From: Tubulanus polymorphus
Taxonomy: Eukaryota; Animalia; Nemertea
DNA: 64,000 nucleotides
Assembly: GCF_964204645.1 (NCBI RefSeq)
Contig: NW_027437471.1
Span: forward strand, 5,463 to 69,462
Direction: 5' to 3'
Below, one piece after another: positions 14,505-28,879 of this stretch. Under the pieces are notes generated by a model. That model was not told the DNA's origin, searched no databases, and saw only the letters and a list, made by a program, of their open reading frames with translations. Position numbers and translations under genes: made by a program. Every line of letters starts with the position of its first letter. Within the stretch, counting starts at the first letter, position 1.

Positions 14505-15025
14505 CCTGCTGCTGCTGCAGCTGCTGGTGGCGCTGTGGCTGCATGGTGCTGGTACTGCGGGTACTGCCAGTGCTGCAGTTGCAGCTGCTGGTGGCGCTGT
14601 TGCTGCATGGTGCTGGTACTGCGGGTACTGCCAGTGCTGCAGTTGCAGCTGCTGGTGGCGCTGTTGCTGCATGGTGCTGGTACTGCGGGTACTGCCAGTG
14701 CTGCTGCTGGTGGCGCTGTTGCTGCATGGTGCTGGTACTGCAGGTACTGGTGCTGCTGCTGTTGCTGCTGCTGGTGGCGCTGTTGCTGCATGGTGCTGGT
14801 ACTGCGGGTACTGCCAGTGCTGCTGCTGGTGGCGCTGTTGCTGCATGGTGCTGGTACTGCAGGTACTGGTGCTGCTGCTGTTGCAGCTGCTGGTGGCGCT
14901 GTTGCTGCATGGTGCTGGTACTGCGGGTACTGCCAGTGCTGCTGTTGCAGCTGCTGGTGGCGCTGTTGCTGCATGGTGCTGGTTTGCAGGTACTGCTAGT
15001 GCTGCTGTTGCTGCTGCTGCTGCGG
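14505..15025 (+). repeat. CTG-rich minisatellite (short version at 1605-1765)
   Basis: Repeating gctggtggcgctgttgctgcatggtgctggtactgcgggtactgccagt units. Confidence 0.9.
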
Positions 15026-18000
15026 TGTGTATCTCATCCTGTAACTGAGAGTAAAACAGTAATTTTTAGTTCAAAAATAATTCAAAATATCAACAGAGAC
15101 TGTGAAGAATTCTGTGGAGAAATTCATTAACAGTTTTATACTTACCCTTAAATGAGCCTGTTTAAATAGTAAATTCTATTGCATTCATTTCATTCTGAAA
15201 AGAAAAAGAAACAATAATCAGTGACAATAGAGCAGAATGTAACATCTCAAATTATCAATCAATCAGACAGAACAGTACAGGATTTCTGTAGATTAAACTG
15301 CTGTACTTATTTCATACTGATTGAACAGTTACAGATACATGTAACATTGTGTACAGATACAGAGTACAGATCACTGCATTACTTCATCCTGTGATTGAAC
15401 AGTGATTTAATGTTCTCTCATCTTCATTAGATTCCCATCCATCTAACTAAAACATCAGAACAGTTTAACTCATCTAACCTCCCGACCCGACCCTCCCAGA
15501 CCCCTTCCCTCCCGGACCCCTTCCCTCCCGCCCTCCTGGACCCCTCCCTCAATGCCCTCCCTCAATGCCCTCCCACCTGGCCCTCCCTCAATGCCCTCCC
15601 TCAATGCCTCCTCAACTCTCTTGTCTCCTCTTCACACACCACTCATCTGTACAATAACTACAAAACGATTTGCCATTTTTCACAATCATATCAATTTCAT
15701 TTATAAATCAAAATCCTTAATCAATTGCACCATTGATGGGACTCACAGATACTTTCTCTACACATTTTGGAGGCATTCAGATGACCTCAAATGATCATAT
15801 GCCTGGGTTGGTCTTGAAAAATCACATGGCTTCATTTTTACAGATGATTTCTTTATCAATTTCATCACATTATTCCTATTATTTCTACTCCCTCAAATAA
15901 GTATTCACAATATATCTCAGTTTCACGACAAGTTGCAGCAGTCGTCTGTAAACAGATTTCATTTCATCAAATGATGCGAGTTTGAGTTGTAGAGGTTTCA
16001 TCTACAAAACATCAAACCAAACCTGAGGAACTTAATGTTGTAAGGGAGGGGGAGGTAAAGGAAATAAACCCGAACCAAACCTCCACACTCACAAAATGTT
16101 GTGAGAAAGGCAAACACAAACCAAGGACAAGAATGATGGCTGAGATCAAAACAATTAATGCTATTTATGTTGCTTCACCAATTCAACATGACGTCACTAA
16201 ATGGAACCATTGTGGACTATTTCAATACTCTCTACCAGAGGTTTCATATAAGCAAGTAGTTTATGGAATCCTATTCATAAAAGTTATTAATCAATGTTTT
16301 TAAACTGCTGATGCAAAATATATACGTCATAAATAATCTGTTTGATTGTCTTTTCAAGTTAACACTTAAACCCAGTGGAACAAATCAAACTCCAGCCATT
16401 TTTCCTTCATTTGCCATTTTTCGTTTTTACTCTTTTCTCTGATTTTTAGCACTTGAGTCGAGGTAGGAATAGACCCCTGCGCGCTCGCTAAGCGTGCAGG
16501 ACACTAAACCTTCGAATTGCTCTCGACCCTTCTCTTTATATTTCATCTTTTTTGAGTCGAGGTAGGAATAGACCCCTGCCCGCCCTCTAAGCGTGCAGGA
16601 CACTAAACCTTCGAATTGCTCTCGGACCCCACTCTTTATATCAGCATTTCATGCTGTTTTATTTTATTCACGCATTCGCTTTACATTTTTTCATATGGCT
16701 TTTCCTTATTTGTCGTCTCACTAAAATTCTCATCAGTTCCGACTGGGATCAAGTTTAATCTTTTAGAGACAAACAGCAAAAGGTTGTGTTAGTTGCACCA
16801 GCAGCAGCAGCAGCTGCAGCAGCACCAGCAGCAACACTGATACAGATGAATCTTTCATTAACTACGTCATTTGTTCCATTCTCAAATATTGAGTCATGAA
16901 GGCAACAGAATAACTTTAAAAAACGTTAAATCTTTCATTTATGGCCTTGGTTTAGTGACCTAAGCGTCAAAGTTTGGTTCATAGCCCAGGTTGAGTGACC
17001 AAAGAGTCAAAGTTTGGTTCATGGCCCAGGTCTGGTGACCAAAGAGTCAAAGTTTGGTTCATAGCCCAGGTTTGGTGACCAAAGGGTCAAAGTTTGGTTC
17101 ATGGCTCAGGTTTAGTGACCAAAGAGTCAAAGTTTGGTTCAAAGCCCTGTTTTGGTGACCAAAGAGTCAAAGTTTGGTTCATAGCCCAGGTTTGGTGACC
17201 AAAGAGTCAAAGTTTGGTTCATGGCCCAGGTCTGGTGACCAAAGAGTCAAAGTTTGGTTCATAGCCCAGGTTTAGTGACCAAAGAGTCTAAGTTTGGTCT
17301 ATGGTTCTGATTTGGTGACCACGGAGGGTAAATATAGCTCATGGCCCTCGTTAAAGGTAAGTCAGTTTTATGGCTCTGGTTTGATTAGCAAATAACATGA
17401 GAAATTGAGCGTTGCATATGTTGAATAGGGGAATTGGACTAAACACTCATCACTAGAATAAAGTGAAGAATTATGTTCACACTGAATGGGCTCAAAATCT
17501 TGTACTAATTGATAAAGTCTGAAATAAAACTGACTAATTTGAGTCTACCGGAAAATGATGCATTGATCGAATTCTAAAAGCTATAAACTGACAAATTGAT
17601 CGAGCGCTGATAATATTTTAAATAACAGCGGAGGATGAAATGACTTTCATAAACTGATATGATCATGAAAAATGGCAAAATACACTAGATATCCCCGCTT
17701 TTTCAGAGTCTCATTGTAGTAGGAAGATTGCCGTAGCCTCACTGTAAAAACTACAACTACATCTGGTTGAATATCATCTGTTTTTATGGCTTTTAAATTC
17801 AGTAAAATATTTCCTGATAGAAGTATAATTAGTTCGCAGCCCCTTAAATTCTGTCTAGAATAGAATTATAAGTCACAGGTAGAAATAGAATATTATCCTA
17901 TTCTAAAATGAATATAATAATAGAACAATAGTCTCTCCGTGTCAATCTTTGTCCCACCTAAAAATTGTACAGTTTATTTCAGAAAATGTGTCCCATCTTT

Positions 18001-21000
18001 TTGAAAAGGATAACTAATTATTAAGGATATCTATGAATAGTGATATACTGTGCCATGAAGGCAAATGAAGAAGTGTGTCCATAAAAGTGATAACAAAACA
18101 TATCACTTATTCTAATGAGTTCTATACTCTTCTTCCAAAAATGAAGAGTAGGTCTCTGTCTAAGAATCTGCAGAAAAAAGAGGAAGCAGCGATGAATGTG
18201 AACTGCATCTCGACTCTCGTCAACAATTTTCTAAGTCGTCCTATACAGTTCTCAGTATTCACAGCCGTTTTTAAAATAGCTCAGAAGAAAATACATCTTT
18301 CAGCTGGAAATGTATCAGTAAACCGCCAGATATCAACAGTAATTATTACGTATGATTGTTGTTTCATTGAATTATTAATGAAACCGTTTTTTGATCGGAG
18401 CCAAGGAGCAGTTTGTGATCATTCAAAAAATATCTCTCATTCCTGACATCATTAAATAATGGCCCTCAAAATTGAAACGTCCCAATTCAAAAATCTGGGG
18501 CAATTATCTCATAACGATTGAGAGAAGTGACGGTGAAATAACGTGCGCACTCACCGGGGATCAAACCCGGGTCTCATAGAAATAACAACCAGTAAAATAG
18601 AACGAGTCCAATTGGCCGATGCTTATACAGCTTGTCATGCATAACAACTGAAACATGACATGTTGCAGTCACGTGTTTCATAATGATTAATCCTTTCTTA
18701 GAATAATAAAAAGATGGGACACATTTTCTGAAATATCCTGAACTTCAAGACTAAAACTACGACTAAACCACCTGTACCTGTACCTAAACCCTAAACCCCC
18801 ACCCTATATCGCTCCCTCCAAAGTCCTACCACCACCCCTACATCCCTCCCACCCTCCCAAGTCCAACCACCACCCCTACATCCCTCCCACCCTCCGGGAC
18901 CCCATCCCTCCCGGACCCCTTCCCTCCTGCCCTCCCGGACCCCTTCCCTCCCGCCCTCCCTCCCACACCCCTTCCCTCCCGCCCTCCCTCACCCCATCTC
19001 TCCCACCATTCCTCCCAGACCCCTTCCCTCCCACCGTCCCCCACCCCAACCCTCCCTCCCTCTACCCCTTCCCTCCCCCCAACCCTACCCACCCTCCCTA
19101 AATCCCGTGGTTAGGTGAGTTGAATGTTCTGATGTTTTAGTTAGACGGATGGGAATCTAATGAAGATGAAAGAACATTAAATCACTGTTCAATCACAGGA
19201 TGAAGTAATGCAGTGATCTGTACTCTGTATCTGTACACAATGTTACATGTATCTGTAACTGTACAATCAGTATGAAATAAGTACAGCAGTTTAATCTATA
19301 GAAATTCTAACTCTTAAGATACACATGATCTGATTATCACGAAGGAACATGATTGATAACAGTTGTATTATTGACATCAGGAACCAGTTTCATATTGATT
19401 AGAAATAACATTTGAGTTGATCACAATTTAGAAAACCTGTAAACCCGCTTACAGAAATAACAATCCCAACCATGAACTGATTATAGTCAAATATTCATCA
19501 AAAGAAATTTGAAATGATTGAATAACTGCAACAGGTTTCTGAGATTTCATTTCAAAACATGGTTTATAACAAACAATATAAAATTGGTCCCTTAAAATCA
19601 ATTCAACCACCGATAAATAAAGATTAATGTTACTTATCTTGAATTTCCACATAGGCTATAGTGATTCCTGATGTCATGCTGAATCCAAGAGTGATTCCCG
19701 ATGTTCTGTGCTAAATCAAAAAAAGTCTGGTAGTAAAACACTGATTCCTTGTTGTCCTGTGCTGAATCCAAGAATGATTTCCGATGTCCGGCGCAAAACC
19801 AAAAAAGTCTGATTGTGAAACACTGATTCCTTGTTGTCCTGTGCTGAATCCAAGAGTGATTCTTGTTTTCCTGTGCTGAATCAAAATTCCCGTTGAACAT
19901 GTTGAAGTGATACCTATAATAGACAAATCTTAGATTGTTTTCTTTCCTTAGAAATAACTGCAGAAATATCAAATCTAAAATTCAAACTTACAAATTAGAT
20001 TGTTCGCTCCAATCTGCAGTTCATTTATTCAAGGGGTTTTTCTATCCACAGTTTAGGTTTTGCATCTAGAGTTCAACATGAAATATAAACAAGAAAGTAA
20101 TGAAAAAACGAACAGTTTAAATATTATCTGTTTCTGAAACCGATGAAGATCATCATCATCATCATCATCATTAATATCACAGACGAATGGAGGCAAGTAG
20201 GACATCAATCCTCCTGCGGCAGGGACTCGAACCTGATGGCATCCAGATTGCCACGGTACGAAACCCTGCCACACTAGACCGAGTGCGCAGCAGCTACACG
20301 CGCAGCTTAGTTGATGTCATTAATAGCCAATTAGAAATTCAGTTTTATTTGAGCCCGGGTTTTCCCATTTATAGTTCTTCCGTGAAATTTACCTCAGCGA
20401 TTAACGAGCAATCTGATTGGTGCCGCAAGATTTCGCGCGGTAAAGCTGCGCATGTACCTGCGCACCCGGTCTAGTGTGGCAGGGGTTCGTGCCGTGGCTG
20501 AGTGTAGTGAGCGATGTCATCAGGTTCAAATCCCTCCCATGGGAGTATGTTGGTGTCCGACAAGTTTGACTGCGATTAATAGGCCTATAGGTTAAGCGTC
20601 AGATGAAATAAACTTACACTGTTTGATGTAATCAGTCGATGGAATCATTTTAGAACAAATTCATCACAAAACAGCGAGGTGAAGCCCATCGTGGTCTAGA
20701 TATATCAGGATGGAATGACGTCATGCTTGACTGAGCGCCACCAGTCCAAGTACACCGTTTGTAGGATGTGACTGAAATAATATGATTTCCCACAATATCT
20801 GAGATGGAATATTTTTCGCCATTTAAACCAATGTTACAAACACTTACCAAATATTGAAATACTGATTTCAGGGGTGGGGAAGGAGGGTGGCAATGTTTAG
20901 GTGAGGTTTTTGCTTAATTTCGTGTTATGGTAAAGCACGCCATTTTGATATTGCGTCATAGTTGTACCTCAGATTGGGATTCCCGCCGCTAGACTGGTCA

Positions 21001-21627
21001 CCGCCACCTGCATTCGCAAGTAGAAATGGCAACCAGTCGATTGCAGGTCTCGGCTTCTTTTCGATTAGATTAGGTTTTGTATTCTACGCAATATTCAAAG
21101 AATTTATTCTAATGAAAACCACGCTCTTTACCAATCTAATCATTCGTTTCGAGGTTTCCGTAATTACTACTTTAGTTCACAGAAATTCCGCTATCGTTAT
21201 TCATAGGGGCAGCACTGAACGGTTATAATTTGATGCAGTCTTGCTATTTTACTGCGGCATGTGAGGAATACAGATTATTCTTAAGTCAAATTTCATTCAT
21301 CACTCAACACTAGCTTGTTAGAAATTAATAACTGTACCAACATTAGAGCTTTATATAAGGAGAGTAAATGGTATGATAGAATCTCCCTAATTCCGATCAT
21401 TGGGACCAACAAAATACATCCGTTTTACGGCAAATCCGGATTAAAAGTCATTTTCGTGTATATTAATGATTAAATTGACTGTAAATATTATCCGGATTAG
21501 ACCAAAATTCGGATTAAGCCGATGCGGATTAAACGATTTAGTTTGACTGTATTAGCCAATAGAATCAGTCATCGCCCATCGAACTGGCCCCAGGGCACTA
21601 AAATTACCAAGAAACAAACACTGACGA

Positions 21628-22532
21628 GTGTTGGCCTGTTTAATAAACGCAGAAACCCTAGTGTTGGCCTGGGTGAATAAAAGCACAAACCCTAGTGTTG
21701 GCCTGTTTAATAAACGCACAAACCCTAGTTTTGGCCTGGTGAATAAACGCACAAACCCTAGTGTTGGCCTGTTTAATAAACGCACAAACCCTAGTTTTGG
21801 CCTGGTGAATAAACGCACAAACCCTAGTTTTGGCCTGTTTAATAAACGCACAAACCCTAGTTTTGGCCTGGTGAATAAACGCAGAAACCCTAGTGTTGGC
21901 CTGGTTAATAAACGCAGAAACCCTAGTGTTGGCCTGGTTAATAAACGCAGAAACCCTAGTGTTGGCCTGTTTAATAAACGCACAAACCCTAGTTTTGGCC
22001 TGGTGAATAAACGCACAAACCCTAGTGTTGGCCTGTTTAATAAATGCAGAAATCCTAGTTTTGGCCTGGCGAATAAACGCAGAAACCCTAGTTTTGGCCT
22101 GGTGAATAAACGCAGAAACCCTAGTGTTGGCCTGTTTAATAAACGCACAAACCCTAGTTTTGGCCTGGTGAATAAACGCACAAACCCTAGTTTTGGCCTG
22201 TTTAATAAACGCAGAAACCCTAGTTTTGGCCTGGTGAATAAACGCAGAAACCCTAGTGTTGGCCTGGTTAATAAACGCAGAAACCCTAGTGTTGGCCTGT
22301 TTAATAAACGCAGAAACCCTAGTGTTGGCCTGGGTGAATAAACGCACAAACCCTAGTGTTGGCCTGTTTGATAAACGCAGTAACCCTAGTGTTGGCCTGG
22401 GTGAATAAACGCAGTAACCCTAGTTTTGGCCTGTTTAATAAACGTAGAAACCCTAGTTTTGGCCTGGTGAATAAACGCAGAAACCCTAGTTTTGGCCTGG
22501 CGAATAAACGCAGAAACCCTAGTTTTGGCCTG
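21628..22532 (+). repeat. 30-bp minisatellite containing AACCCTAG (short versions at 8925-9035 and 9900-9975)
   Basis: aaccctagtgttggcctggtgaataaacgcag, ~30 copies. Confidence 0.95.
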
Positions 22533-22716
22533 TTACCACACTGACCACACATATTCACAAACCATGTCAGTCACCAGAACTCAGCGGTCTAGTGGTTAGC
22601 GTGTTCGGCCGGCATGCTGGAGGTCGCAGGTTCGAGTCCTGTTAGGGTTAGGGTTAGTGCCTCAAGTTGGGGCTAATTTTTGGCCCAGCGAGGAATTTGT
22701 AGTACGATAATCATCG

Positions 22717-23345
22717 ACAGAGTACTGGTTTGCGATTTTGATAGTTTTGTATCAACTAACGGACCCCTTCTAAATACCCGAGAAGTTTGAGAGAACTAGG
22801 GCCACTATTAAGGTCGTGCTGGAAGTTGAAAAAGGTCGCTTTTCAGCTCTTAAATTTGTGCATTTTCGCGTATATTGACACTGATTTTCGCGGTTTAGGC
22901 AGGGAACGGCTAGGCTCAACGGAGCCCGGGGTCCAGGATTTTAATAGTTCTGTATCAACTACAGGACCCCTTCCAAATACCCGAGTGGTTTAGGAGCCCT
23001 AGGGCCAGAGTACTGTACCGACAGAGTACTGTGTACCGACAGAGTACCGTGTACCGACAGAGTACTGTGTCCCGACGGTGTACTGTGTACCGACAGAGTA
23101 CTGTGTACCGACAGAGTACTGGTTTGAGCAGGGGACGCCTAGGCTCAACGGAGCCCCGCGACCAGTATTTTAATGGTTCTATATGAACTATATGACCCCT
23201 TCTAAATACCCGAGAAGTTTCAGAGCCCTAGGGCCACTATTAGGGTCGTGCAGGAAGTTAGAAAAAGGTCGCTTTTCAGGTCTCAACTTAGTTCATTTTC
23301 GCGAATTATTTGACACTGATTTTCGTGGTTTGAGCAGGGGACGCC
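22717..23345 (+). repeat. Degenerate ~230-bp tandem repeats with an embedded 20-bp minisatellite (23006-23121)
   Basis: gaccccttctaaatacccgag x3; gtaccgacagagtactgt units. Confidence 0.75.
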
Positions 23346-23844
23346 TAATTTCTAACAAGTAATGACAATGTTATGAAATTTTCATGACAGGTAATGACGA
23401 CGACGCAATTTTATCGACAATGATTCTCTTTAATTGTTTTTTTAAAAAACACAAATCGTTTATTTATCCAGTACACGCCGCTTTATTCGGTAACGTTGCG
23501 ACAGATGTAGATAAATTACCTAAGTTCACAATGAGGGAGATAGAAACATTTTAAATAGTTAATTGTTAATTCTGGGACTGGGTGTCATCGATACGTGTAA
23601 TAACGAATGCCGTGTTATGTATGTCATCGTACAATGTTATGACATTATGACATTGTCATAACAAGTCATAACATTGTCATAACAAGTAATGACAATGTTA
23701 TGAATTAACGACATAGTAAAATTAACAACTAAAAGCCTGCTTAAAAAAGTGTGTTTTCAATGATCTTTTAAAACATTCAACCTTTTCAATTGAACTAAGA
23801 GAACTTGGTAAAATATTCCACACGTTAGGAGCATTAACTCTAAA

Positions 23845-23975
23845 CGATACGATACGATACGATACGATACGATACGATACGATACGATACGATACGATAC
23901 GATACGATACGATACGATACGATACGATACGATACGATACGATACGATACGATACGATACGATACGATACGATAC
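23845..23975 (+). repeat. (GATAC)n microsatellite
   Basis: Pure pentamer tract. Confidence 0.98.
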
Positions 23976-26900
23976 ATGTTTTATATGTCTCGATTGATAC
24001 GTTCTATTTTTCGATGCGGGTTTTTGATTTTTCACATTCAAATGCACCTAGGCCCTATATTCTATATAATGTTATATTAACTGCGCCCGATATTAGAATT
24101 CCTGAAATAAACCACGTGATATACTCCGAGATTTTAACACCGAAGATTCTGATATTTCTTACTCTACCTGATGTGGGCTTTCATACCGAACATATTTTTA
24201 CGAGTCGATTGTGACCCTTAGCCTAATTCTGTCTCTGTATCATTTAAATACATCAATATTGTCAAAATAGAACAAATTCAGCTGGTAAATTTTGATAGCG
24301 TTGATAGAAGAGAAAGGCTTTAATTCATTACTGGCGGCGGCAATTTAGATCAGGTCTGATTAGAAACTGTTGTAATCAGAGAATAATAGCGGGTAGTCAT
24401 TGAAGAGTCACCACATCTGACTGGTCGCCAGTCACCACAACCTGACTGATCATCACATTTGACTGATTGGTTCACTGGTCACCACACCTGACCGGTCACT
24501 GGTTAACACAATGACGAGACAAACTTACAAACTGCGCAAATCGTTACTGGTGTATGGTCTAGTGGTTAGCGTGCTCGGCTGGCATGCCGGAGGTCGCAGG
24601 TTCGAGTCCTGCTAGGGTTAGGGTTACGGCCTACCTAAGGTTAGGGTTGGCGAGCCAGGTCCATTTGGGCTTATTTTGCCGACTATTTTGCCTTTGTTGA
24701 GGCTATTTCATGATTCCTGTCGTCCCCTAAATGCCATTTTGGTGGAAAAAGGCTAATTTATTATTGGCGGCGATGGGGTCTTTAAAGAATTGTTGTTATC
24801 ACAAAAATGATAGCGTTTCGATAGTTTACAAATAAGATAAACTTGTTCGACTTTTATAAAACAGAAGTAAACCGTATGACGTAAACATCAAGCGATTAAA
24901 ATATTCACTTAAGTTTTATTCAGCAAAAATCATCGAGTTGATTTTGTACGTTACAATTAAGTTGTTCAATTAAACAACTTAGTATTAAAAAAATGATTGT
25001 TGGGTTTATAATTTTCAATATAAATGGTGGAACTTACTTTTTAGAATATTTGATAATCGATGCTTTAAAAAATACTAATAGAAAAGGAGAAATGGAAGAT
25101 GAAATGAAATAATTTTCAGATTGACTAGAGAGATTGAGATCTTCTGGTGTTCTACATCTTATGTTCAAAATACACGTATTTATTATAATGGTACCTGGTT
25201 TATCGTGGGCTGATTATATGTACAGTCCGTCTGATATTCAAAAGGTTAACTAAATCTGATAAACATGTAGTCCAAAACCTGGGCCCTATAAGTGTCACTT
25301 TCGTAATCTTAATTTGCTCTAACTGACATTGAATCACATAACTACGTGATAAGGGGAAATGTTCGTATTTTCAAAGCGTGGATTCCCGAACATCATCTAC
25401 GGTGAATCAAACAGTGAATCGGTCGATACCGTATACAACTAGTGAAGATGGAGATATTCAATTTGATCAGTGTCATTAATTCAAGTCAATTACAGATAAT
25501 ACAGTCGTCTGTCAACAAAACGGTTACTATTATCAGTCACCAGCTGTCCTTGTACAACAACGCGCGTCACACATATAGACAATACAGATGTTTATTACTG
25601 TAGAAATTGTTTTTTAATTTCGAGGTTTTACTTGAAAAAGCCGCCATCTTGATTTTGATCTTTTAAAGGACATTTGACATTTAAAATGTAGTTTCAGATT
25701 TAAATAGCTATATCAGACAGGAATAAAACACGTTATTGATAGTTTATATCATTATGATGATATTTATGTAAAGAAGACAGGTTCTGTTACGGGTGATGAA
25801 GCTCTGCAGTTTTACACCCGGAGACGGTTTAGGACGGCGTCCAGAATAGACTGAACGAGCTCCAGAGTGTGGAAGGTTTTTGTATTGTATCGAGTTTGCC
25901 GGGTTTTGATCGTCAGTTTGTACGTAAACATCGACCATGATTTGTGGAACATCACGTATTGTATTCTAATTTATATCTTGAGTGTAAAAAAAACGTAAAA
26001 TTTATTTTAGATTAACACAATGTATTTCTCAAGTTGAGTGTGAACTGTTGGTTTGATCTGAATGCTGTGGAACACGATATCTGAGTGACTGTTAAAACCC
26101 TTCCAGGATTGGCACTGTCCCCCAGAGATGAATGTCTCTAGTAAACTTTGCATCATTCAGAATCTACTCAACCAAAATAAATAAACTTGAAACCAAATTT
26201 TAGAATCTACTGGGCTTCATTTCTGAATGATTGTTGTTTGTTTTGACTGGTGCGTTGCCATGGTGATGGCAAGGTGATATTCTGGATCCGATGTCTGGAA
26301 AAATAGTAATTCCTGACAACAGAGCCAAATTTCATACTGAAATGAATAACTACACTTATTTTCATCGATATAATAACAGAATGAATTTTTAGCAAAAAAT
26401 TTCACAGATATTTGTTAAAGAAATAGAAAACTTGTGGATACTCTCAGCCGCGCCCCGCTGAAAAAAACTATTAGGTTAAATACGTGTTGTGAGTCACCAA
26501 TTCAACTTATAAGATTATTGATTTTTTCATTAATTGGGAATAATTTTAGAATGTTTTATTCGAACTATAGCCCGGAAGTTCACTAGAATTGCTACGTATT
26601 GCTAATTCCGTGGAATTCATTACCCCGCTAGTAATCCGGAGCGGTACCTAAAGCCATCCGCGGCTAGAACCGTGAACTCTTTAGTTGGTGCTCGGAGCGC
26701 AAAGCCTGAGTCCGAGTTGACCTCGAGCTGCGCGGTCTGCAGAACTAGCATGGCGGACGAATAAATCGCTATTTTCACTTGAAATATTTAGAAGCTTCTC
26801 TTTCAACTAAGATGCGTCAGAATGTGTTCAAACCATTTCAACATTGAAATACAGTAAGTAAATTTACTTATGAATCGAATACTTGTGATGTATGAAGGTG

Positions 26901-26997
26901 ATTCGAGATGGAGAGCGACATAAAACACTCCGGTTTAACCCCACGAGCAGCAGCAATCTCTATTCACTGATGCGTGCTGTAAAACCATCATCATTCA

Positions 26998-27312
26998 GTA
27001 ATAATAATAATATTAATATGTGTCTTATATAGTGCTAAATCCAGCCAGGCTGCTCAGAGCGCTTTACATTTTTCGGTATTATTACCCCGGCCAATTTTAA
27101 TACTCTAACATGTATCAGTCATCTCTCCCTTTTGAGAAGTAACACCGAGCTGCTAACAAACGCTCAGGAGTCTTCTATCAGACCAGGTACCCATTTACTC
27201 CTGAGTGGAGAGAGGCAATGAGGATAAGTGTCTTGCCCGAGGACACAACGGGGATCGAACCCACGACTTGGCTTCCCAGAGCTGAACGCTCTAACCACTA
27301 GCCCTCACCGCA
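26998..27312 (-). mobile_element. tRNA-derived SINE with conserved central motifs, LINE-like tail and (TTA)n end; second copy ~31171-31486
   Basis: Minus strand TAGTGGTTAGAGCG A-box, GGGTTCGATCCC B-box, GTGTCCTCGGGCAAGACAC, TAAATGGGTACCTGG. CAGTAA target duplication. Empty site in paralog at ~33738. Confidence 0.85.
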
Positions 27313-28162
27313 GTAAAAAGTATCAAGAACATAAAGAGTGGATCGAGGCCTAAACTATTACTATCAATACAGATGTAGCATTTGACCCCGCGGATACCCT
27401 GGATTTTAGAGTGATTTCTCTGACAGGTTTCTATGTTTATTTCAGGGTGATGCTCTACTAATTAACTGCAGTCATCAGGAAGTTCAAGGAATAACTGTTT
27501 GGCGATGAAGTGAACAAGTGGTCCCTCAATTCAGGTAGATATATCTTAGGCCCTAATCACAGACCTCTACAAACCAGTTTCAGTGGTGTTTTAAAACAGA
27601 GTTAACCAAAATCCAAGCAGGTTTTCAGCGCCGTTCTCAAATCATTGATGCCATCATGATTTGAAAGCTTGTCAAAGATTGCGGCTCAATTTACTGTGGA
27701 AATATCAAACATGTTTGAATGGTGCGATTCACCTGCAGCTGAGCAACGAACACGCTGCAAATTTCATTGTGAAATCTGTAATTTCAGACGGTGTGGGAAT
27801 AAATTCATATAGTGTTCCCTGCTCTAAGTTTGAACCAATTTACCGTTAAGTCTTGTATGAAAAAAAATTCTAAGCCTGTGACTGAAACCTGTGACACGTC
27901 TACACCTGAAATTGACCTAGTTCTAAACACTGCGCATAAACCAGATCAAGTGGTTACTGTCATTTAACCGTAATGACAAGGACATATGGTAAGGCTTATC
28001 GGGTGAAATACAGGATATCGACAAATTCAAGTTCTGAAATTACTCGTTTGATGGCGCTAGTCAGAAACAGAAATTGGAACCTAAATCCACCACGCGCGAG
28101 ATTTTTATTGCAAATTTAACCATGAAAAATGCTAATTCTCATGTGTTTATCTTGTGTTTCAG

Positions 28163-28879
28163 TTTCATACACGTTACGGTCACCTACCACAGCACAAGAG
28201 GAATATGGTAATAGCCGGTGGTGTAACTGCGTCTGTTATCGTAGCGCCAGTTGTCGCTAGTTTAGCCGTTGGTATCGGTGTACCGATATTATTGGCGTAT
28301 GTTTATGGCGTGGTACCGATATCGCTGTGTCGCAGCGGTGGTTGCGGCGTATCGATGACTGACTCCGGGCGGAGTTCGATTTGAGTTCGAAGAGAACGAA
28401 GGAAGTGGCCCATCGGGGCCTTATGCCCGTAAGTACTTAAACCATACTTTTCATATAGTGCAGGGTCCGGAATCGGCTGTTTTTCTAGGATTCATAAGGG
28501 ATAATTTGATGATGTCATAGGGGGATTAACTGATAAAGCCACGTTGTCTGGTGTGGCTGCTATATAAATCCCCCTATGACGTCATTTAAGTTAGTTCAGT
28601 ACTAGTATGAGTGAATGTTTATATTTGTTGTAGCTGATTCTCACAGTATAGAAACGACCAGTCACCGGGTAGCGAACCCCAGTATCGGACCTAGTATCGG
28701 TGAGATGTCTATGGCTATGACTGGCAGTCTTAGCGCTAGCGAAGCCACATCTACCGACTCGGGATAATCCGCGATGAGAGCAATCGCTAATCGGCTAGTA
28801 ACAGAGCGATTGCTGGCTCCAGTTTGAACGGTAGTTTATCGGGAAGCGCCGTTGCCGGACCGAGCGGATTCCAAAACAG
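28163..28879 (+). pseudogene. RNF19: Two disabled exons (28163-28428, 28634-28879) of an RNF19A/B (Dorfin)-like RBR E3 ligase, transmembrane and post-TM region
   Basis: [59 protein letters not shown] and NPSIG..TGSLSAS(G)SH..AIAGSSLNGSLSGSA..NR match RNF19 as recalled. AG/GT boundaries are intact. Lesions: +1 frameshift near 28368, -1 frameshift near 28741, in-frame TAA near 28788. Confidence 0.88.

Larger units (their letters stand above)
12722..22715 (+). repeat. Segmental duplication, copy B
   Basis: High identity to 1-9240 with indels and different satellite lengths. Confidence 0.9.

Noticed and set aside
14368-15130. Gln/Ala/Cys-rich ORFs in all six frames
   Set aside because: Stop-free CTG minisatellite; length differs between duplicates
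21552-22558. Repetitive 230-265 aa ORFs or a CRISPR-like array
   Set aside because: 30-bp tandem satellite without unique spacers, in eukaryotic context with no cas genes
25575-25940. Possible gene 5' region (YY1-like GCCGCCATCTT, 64-aa ORF)
   Set aside because: No recognisable product or splice structure; insufficient support
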